Assembly (NCBI GenBank): GCA_964016885.1
Contig: CAXHJY010000765.1
Span: forward strand, 31,206 to 95,205
Source: Eledone cirrhosa
Lineage: Eukaryota
Length of the DNA: 64,000 nucleotides
Direction: 5' to 3'
Shown here: positions 48,367 through 64,000 of the stretch, piece by piece
Numbering within the stretch: the stretch's first letter is position 1
Layout of the letters: the number at the start of each line of letters is the position of its first letter
Program-made: the position numbers and the translations under genes
The notes under the pieces: model-generated
What the model saw: the letters and a program-made list of their open reading frames with translations, nothing else
Database searches by the model: none
What the model was told of the DNA's origin: nothing

Positions 48367-49375
48367 ATATTCCCCAGTTATATTGATATTTATTGATTGG
48401 GAACTGTTAAAGGGCGTTCAACTTTTTCATGAAATATCGGGCGCTCATGGAAGAGGGCTTATGCGTGGTTCGCGGACCTTCTTAAATGGCAGTTTAATGC
48501 TTAATCTTCCCCGTATCTCAGGCTAGCGTTTAATGGAAAGACACACACACATATTTTGCTGCTAGAAAGAACGTGATGCTCTTAGAATTGAATAGACTTT
48601 CGTCTGATTTAATGATGTACGCACCATGCGTCCAATCAACAGAAACACTCTACAGAAGGTGACTTCAAGCTTTTTACATTAAAAATTATGATGGGAAGTT
48701 TTTAGATAAATAAAAATACTTGAATATATACAGATTTGTTTCGTAGAATCAGGAGTAGTACAGCATTCACCACATGCACGTATATAATCTTAATGTAATT
48801 CTAAGTGTAAAAAACTTGATTCCTTAAATTATAGATATCCATCCGACAGGCTCCCAAATAGATTCCGCTCTTTCAATTTTGCTAACAAAGTGCGGGTGGG
48901 ATATGGTGAGGATAAATGACACATATTCCAAAGGCCAAGCAATGGTATCGAACTCAAGACATTGTGAGTGCGACGGGAACTGTTAACTAGTATAACAGTG
49001 TCGAGATTGATATTCATAGAAGCAAGTGATTGCAGAAATTCCAGTAAGGCGGAACTGTGTATTTTATCAACCGTTTTGTAGTCAGTTAAAACCAAGTCCA
49101 GTAAATTGTAAAAGCTACATGGCGAGGCTTTGCTTTTTTCCGTTCGTTGTTGTAAAACACAATTTCACTCTGTAATAATCTAGTAAAAATTCAGAGAATA
49201 CTTATAGTAACAGTTTCATTAATTTTCCAGATTTTTCATATTTACAATAATTCTAGTAAATGATATATATCAGATAATGTTGACTTTTAAATTGCGTTAA
49301 ATGATGCCATTTAAAAAAATCAGATAATCTGAATTATTTTCCAAACATTTCCACATTTAAATATATTCGTTCATT

Positions 49376-53046
<3,671 letters not shown>

Positions 53047-54152
53047 TATAAGATCAAAAGATGGTTAAAGGAGTTCAATATATTTTATTATGCGCATTTC
53101 AAAAACAAACATCATCAAACAATAATATTTGTGTTTTCATCAGATAAAACAGGAGAACATGATATGAAGGCTAAAAAAACACTTGTTGATAGTGCAGTTT
53201 TAAATCAACATATGAAAAGTGGTTTTAGATTGATGTGTGATATTGGGAAAAATATTTTATTTAGAGAGGGGGGGAGAGAAAAGGATGAAAAGGGAAGGAG
53301 ATGAGAGGGAGAGATGGGTGATAGAGAGAAAGAGATAGTTTTTATAACAGAGAGTAGATATATTTTATATAGAGGGGTTGAAAACCGTTGGAAGATACTG
53401 TATAAATTAAAAATTTTGAAAATTAACGAAGGGAGGATATGTGCGAGGAAAAAATATATTATATTTAGGGAGGGGTGGGGGTGGAAAGGATGAAAAAAAG
53501 GGGAGGAGATGAGAGTGAAGGTGGAAAGGGAGAGATGGGTGATAGAGAGAAGAGATAGTTTTTATAACTGAGAAAAAGATATAATGTTTTAATATAGAGA
53601 GGTTGGGAACCGTTGGAAGATAATGTATAAATTAAAGGAATTTGAAAATTAACGAAGGGAAATTATGTATGGAGATAGAGAGAAAAAAATAACGAAGGGA
53701 GATTATGTATGGAGATAGAGAGAAAAAATAATAATTGTGGGTGAATATTCAAAGGAGAATGTAGGAATCTTAAAATTAGCAAAGAGAAAATGTTTATGTA
53801 TAGGATTTGAGAAAAATTTATATTGAATTCATATGTATTAATAATGAGTTCGTTGATGGGGAGAAAAAAGTAATAATAATAAATTAAGGATGAAATTGAG
53901 ATTAAAAGATTTATGATAGAGAGAAAAATAATAATGATTGCGGATGAATACTCAAAATGTCAAAAACAAATGTTATTGTTTTACGAAGAGATATAATGAG
54001 GGTGATGAGTAAACGGGTATTATAGAGTGTATAATGCCCTTTAAGTAAGGTAGATGGGTATATTTTAAAGAATATATGAGTATATATAAAAAAAATATAT
54101 ATAATAATAAATTAAGGATGAAATTGAGATTAAAAAGATTTATGATAGAGGG

Positions 54153-54187
<35 letters not shown>

Positions 54188-55172
54188 GATTGCGGATGAA
54201 TATTCAAAATGTCAAAAACAAATGTTATTGTTTTACGAGAAGATAGGATGAGGTAAATGAATAAACGAGTACTATAGAGTGTATAATGCCCTTTAAAGTA
54301 AGGTAGATGGGTATATTTTAAAGAGGGTATGTATATGTGCCTTTGAGAAAGATTCTAAATTGATAAAGAATTGAATATTAACTGTATACTTTGTGAAAAG
54401 TTCTATGAATTTATGAAGGCAGATGGAAAACAAATCCGAGCCGTCTATTTATTATGGATTCTAGGTTAGAGATAATGGTAAATTTTCATTTAGGCAGAGA
54501 TTACAGATTTTAGATAGAGAACTGTTCAAGTACGAGGATGCAGAAGAAATCTTTTTCCAAAAGATGTATATTTAATGTTTTTGTCTTTTAAGGACCATAT
54601 GAGTTCTGAGAGAGCAGTGTTAGTTCTTTTATGTTTGTATTTGAAAGATTGAATGATGATTATAGAGACGAGCTTTAAAAGAGGTGGAAGTGGAGCCAAA
54701 TAGGTGAAGGAGTTGGTGCTAGTTATAATTTTACATTCATAAATTAAGTTTTTATCGAGGCAATGGTTGTTGAGAGGACATTTATTTTTAATGCGGCAGT
54801 TGCAATTAGAGAGATTATTAATGAGTGATCTAGTGTTATCTATAGAAGGAATTGGATTGGAGAAGTTGTTTGCGATAGGAATAATAGGAATAATAGTTTC
54901 TTGATTTAGAGTTGGATTATGAACATTTAGCGAAGTTGTGTTTGACGTTGCATTTGGGTTTACAGAAGTTAGCCTAGGGTTTACAATGACGTCAGGAGTA
55001 CTATTATTGTTATTATGAGATTCAATATTGAAGGAAGAGATTTAGTATTTAATATTTTGTTGTTGTGTTTAGAAATGATGTTGGAAATATTGGAGGAGTG
55101 TAGAATACGAAAATTTAATGGTGTGTTTGTTAAATATTTTTACTATAGATATGTGAGGGAGGGAAGCATTTA
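53047..55172 (-). mobile_element. 5'-truncated Penelope-like element body (linker + GIY-YIG endonuclease + downstream region)
   Basis: Manual minus-strand translation gives PLE C-terminal motifs. The downstream region has internal duplications (~53281-53437/53486-53660 and ~53873-54070/54103-54320). Confidence 0.8.
54300..55172 (-). pseudogene. Frameshifted PLE linker and GIY-YIG endonuclease
   Basis: Translated across several frameshifts: KCFPPSHIYSK/IFNKHTIKFSYST/SNISNIISKHNNKIL ... CNCRIKNKCPLNNHCLDKNLIYECKI..TY/GSTSTSFKARLYNH../FKYKHKRTNTALSELIWSLKDKNIKY/WKKISSASSY..KICNLCLNE/..IINRR/SDLFSICLHK. Confidence 0.82.
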
Positions 55173-55223
55173 TTAATATGCATAAGGTAAGTATATACGT
55201 TCAACAATCTGGCAGGAAGGTAT

Positions 55224-55265
55224 ACGTTGCTGACGATAGCTACAAGCTTGAAACTAGTACAGCGT
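55224..55265 (+). ncRNA. Type I hammerhead ribozyme, unit 1
   Basis: ACGTTG-CTGACGA-T-AGCT-ACA-AGCT-T-GAAA-C-TA-G-TA^CAGCGT: 6-bp stem I extendable by CTGGCA/TGTCAG and TTCAACA/TGTTGAA; palindromic stem III ACTAGT. Confidence 0.8.
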
Positions 55266-55642
55266 TCCTTTGTCAGTGTTGAACAAACGAGCAACGGTGG
55301 TTGCTAGACACTACGGCTTAATACGGGATGTTTGTTTACAAACACACCGAGCATTATAATAAATGTTCGGTGAATCCATACGTGCATATATATATGTGTG
55401 CATGTATGTATATATATATATACATACTACTGTACGTCGGTATACATATATGTATGTACGTGTACATACTTATATTTAAGTAACAGCCGTACTAAGAAGT
55501 GGGAAATGAAATATCGTTTCATTTTTCCGTTTATCGTTTTCGGTGCACCCGGCCGATTAACCCACTCGATATGCATATTGGGCTACTCAGCCGTTAATAT
55601 GCATAGGTAAGTATATACGTTCAACAATCTGGCAGGAGGTAT

Positions 55643-55685
55643 ACGTTGCTGACGATAGCTAACAAGCTTGAAACTAGTACAGCGT
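55643..55685 (+). ncRNA. Type I hammerhead ribozyme, unit 2
   Basis: Same motif, CTGACGA at 55649, stem II loop AACA. Confidence 0.8.
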
Positions 55686-56063
55686 TCCTTTGTCAGTGTT
55701 GAACAAACGAGCAACGGTGGTTGCTAGACACTACGCTTAATACGGGATGTTTGTTTACAAACACACCGAGCATTATAATAAATGTTCGGTGAATCCATAC
55801 GTGCATATATATATGTGTGCATGTATGTATATATATATATACATACTACTGTACGTCGGTATACATATATGTATGTACGTGTACATACTTATATTTAAGT
55901 AACAGCCGTACTAAGAGTGGGAAATGAAATATCGTTTCATTTTTTCCGTTTATCGTTTTCGGTGCACCCGGCCGATTAACCCACTCGATATGCATATTGG
56001 GCTACTCAGCCGTTAATATGCATAAGGTAAGTATATACGTTCAACAATCTGGCAGGAAGGTAT

Positions 56064-56106
56064 ACGTTGCTGACGATAGCTAACAAGCTTGAAACTAGTA
56101 CAGCGT
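56064..56106 (+). ncRNA. Type I hammerhead ribozyme, unit 3
   Basis: Same motif, CTGACGA at 56070. Confidence 0.8.
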
Positions 56107-56485
56107 TCCTTTGTCAGTGTTGAACAAACGAGCAACGGTGGTTGCTAGACACTACGGCTTAATACGGGATGTTTGTTTACAAACACACCGAGCATTATAA
56201 TAAATGTTCGGTGAATCCATACGTGCATATATATATGTGTGCATGTATGTATATATATATATACATACTACTGTACGTCGGTATACATATATGTATGTAC
56301 GTGTACATACTTATATTTAAGTAACAGCCGTACTAAGAGTGGGAAATGAAATATCGTTTCATTTTTTCCGTTTATCGTTTTCAGTGCACCCGGCCGATTA
56401 ACCCACTCGATATGCATATTGGGCTACTCAGCCGTTAATATGCATAAGGTAAGTATATACGTTCAACAATCTGGCAGGAAGGTAT

Positions 56486-56528
56486 ACGTTGCTGACGATA
56501 GCTAACAAGCTTGAAACTAGTACAGCGT
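56486..56528 (+). ncRNA. Type I hammerhead ribozyme, unit 4
   Basis: Same motif, CTGACGA at 56492. Confidence 0.8.
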
Positions 56529-56796
56529 TCCTTTGTCAGTGTTGAACAAACGAGCAACGGTGGTTGCTAGACACTACGGCTTAATACGGGATGTTTGTTT
56601 ACAAACACACCGAGCATTATAATAAATGTTCGGTGAATCCATACGTGCATATATATATGTGTGCATGTATGTATATATATATATACATACTACTGTACGT
56701 CGGTATACATATATGTATGACGGTGTACATACTTATATTTAAGTAACAGCCGTACTAAGAGTGGGAAATGAAATATCGTTTCATTTTTTCCGTTTA

Positions 56797-61954
<5,158 letters not shown>

Positions 61955-62091
61955 AACAGCAACAACAACAACAACAGCAGCTACAACAGCAACAACAACA
62001 ACAGCTACAACAACAACATCAACAACAGCTACAACAACAACATCAACAACAGCAACAACAACAGTGTGAACCACTCCTTGATTCATCAACA

Positions 62092-62839
62092 ATGGCCGAT
62101 CTACTAAATGAAACTATTGACCCCCCCAGTAGCCTCTGTCTCACAGCATGAAACGCCACATCCTTTCTCTGGCCCAGCAGTCCAATCATCACCACTGCCA
62201 ACATCTCTGCCTACTACTACTACTACAACATTTTTGTCTACTGCTATGTCAAGGAATTTACCTTCTAATACCAGAACAAGAACTCTCCCTCCCACAGTCC
62301 ACAAGGTCGTCAAATCCTACCCAAACCATCATCTACACCTCTCACAACACCCACACCCATATACCCACCCACTCGAAACCCCATCATTTGCCGCTACTCT
62401 CTACGCTATAGAATATGTACGGATAGTGGCTGCAAATTCACCCATTTACCTAGGACAAAACGATCTATCCCCACAAAACAGCCACCACCATAATACATAC
62501 TCTAATTTAACACCAACACAACCACCAATAACTCAAACAAGGAATCCACAAATCTGCCGTTTTTCCCTGCGAGACAGATTGTGTTTAGACCGGGATTGTC
62601 CCTTTACCCATCTCCCGGGGACCCGTCGGATAAATGAAAATAAAAGCAAAAACAAAAACCATAACCTACATAAAAATAACCACTACCACAGTCACCAACA
62701 GTCTTCTAAACAGGAAACTTCTTCCTCTTTTTTAGCCATAATGAATCTGGCAAAAGAACTGGAAAAAAACATTCGAGCTATCACCCAGCACCACCCTCCA
62801 CTATCACCCCACTGCACAAACTCCCACTGCTGCCATTAA
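62092..62839 (+). pseudogene. ORF1-like region with two CCCH zinc fingers, frameshifted
   Basis: CRYSLRYRICTDSGCKFTH (62389-62445) and CRFSLRDRLCLDRDCPFTH (62555-62611), both C-x8-C-x4-C-x3-H, in different frames. Confidence 0.7.
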
Positions 62840-62879
62840 CAAACAAACAAATTAACAACACACCAAAACAATTAAAACC

Positions 62880-64000
62880 ATCCACTCTCGCCTCTACATT
62901 TTTGCTTAACGCCCAAGGCATCAGCCCTTCCACCAATACTCAAAAATGGAAGATCAAATTCCTGAGGACTGGATTGATGTCCATCCAAACCACATCCCTT
63001 TCTTCGTCCTCACTGAAACCCATCTCAGTAACCTCCACTTGGAAGCCGAGGTGAAAGTGAAAAATTTCAAAGCCATCCGTGCTGATCGCGCTGGCAGAAG
63101 AAAGGGCGGGACTGCCATTTATGTCCATAATTCTTTCTCAACAGAGGCTATGAACATATTCACTAATGGATACTGTGAAGCAGTCACTGTATTCAGTCAA
63201 ACCAACAACCTAATAGTAGTTGGGCTCTATAGGCCACCCCAAACGCCTGTACCATGCTTCAAGGAATGCCTCAACAGCATAAAGTGTTTCATCCAAGAGT
63301 GTCACCCTGACAACATCTTAATGATGGGGGACTTCAACCTCCCCGGAGTTGACTGGTCCACAAACAGCCTGCCACCAGGTTCTTCTGCCTCAACCTCTGA
63401 CAGGGAAGCAGTGGAATCGCTTCTTGACTTCATGGATGATTTCTTCCTATCCCAACTGGTGCTCGAACCAACGAGGTGCCACAAAAACGTCCTAGACTTA
63501 ATTTTCAGCAATCACACTGACAATATCCACAATATTGCAGTGGAGAAAACTCTACTCTCTGATCATGACATGGTTCTCTGTGATCTGAGATTCCACCGTC
63601 CAATATACAAACCCAATGTCATCTCTCCTGTCCATCCGTTTGACGCTATGGATTTCCACAATGCAAACTGGGAAGCGATCAGTCATGATCTTGCACATGT
63701 CGACTGGTCCTTCACGCACACTCATACACCCACTAACATCAAAAAGTCCTGGCAGACATTTGTGGACACTGTTACAAACATATGTGCAAAACACACCCCA
63801 TTAAGAACTATAAACAAATCTAAGAGCAGAATCCCTAGAAATAGAAAAACGCTCATCAGAAAAGTTAAGAGAACGAACAAAAAAATCAACAAGCTGAAAT
63901 ACTGTCAGCAGCAACACATCAACTTGACTGCCATTTCATCACTAGAGATTAAAAAACATAACCTCCAAAACAACATAATGTCCCTCATCAACAATCAGAG
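62880..64000 (+). pseudogene. LINE ORF2 N-terminal APE endonuclease (one frameshift at ~62963)
   Basis: Conserved APE motifs as listed above; continues to the window end. Confidence 0.85.

Larger units (their letters stand above)
55173..56796 (+). repeat. ~421-bp x 3.9 tandem array, one hammerhead per unit (pLTR/retrozyme-like)
   Basis: Units start at 55173, 55594, 56013 and 56435 and are near-identical. The last unit ends TTTTCCGTTTA into TA satellite. Confidence 0.95.
61955..64000 (+). mobile_element. Second CR1/L2-group LINE, 5' part (runs off the window)
   Basis: (CAA/CAG)n tract and ORF1-like region to 62839, then APE: LLNAQGI../FVLTETHL..RADR..KGGTAIYV..LYRPP..MGDFNLPGVDW..PTR..NVLDLIF..LSDHDMV. 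Confidence 0.88.

Noticed and set aside
48829-49120. 88-aa minus-strand ORF in non-repetitive sequence (possible exon)
   Set aside because: No recognisable domain or convincing splice-site pair. BLASTx or RNA-seq would be needed to exclude it fully.

Overview
AT-rich animal genomic DNA with no recognisable host gene. The SINE families and microsatellite load resemble octopus/cephalopod DNA (inference). Roughly 40% of the window is kilobase-scale (TA)n/(CATA)n-derived satellite, which produces all of the long YI/YM/YT 'ORFs' (artefacts). Retroelements are embedded in these repeats: a 5'-truncated CR1/L2-group LINE (12326-15720), a near full-length Tx1/L1-type LINE inserted in a (GATA)n tract (42413-48040, minus), the 5' part of a second CR1/L2-group LINE with CCCH fingers in ORF1 (61955-64000), a short RTE-like deletion derivative, and many tRNA-derived SINE copies. 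The main hidden signal is a set of minimal type I hammerhead ribozyme (HHR) motifs from at least four sequence families. They lie in direct or inverted pLTR-like units whose 3' ends run into (TA)n. The best case is a ~421-bp x 3.9 tandem array with one HHR per unit (55173-56796), fused to an inverted, frameshifted Penelope-like GIY-YIG endonuclease fragment (53047-55172) that the ORF track misses. One HHR family carries a U3-A8 core in place of C3-G8. Together this looks like a (TA)n-targeting Penelope-like element/retrozyme system. All folds and translations were done by eye and need computational and experimental confirmation.
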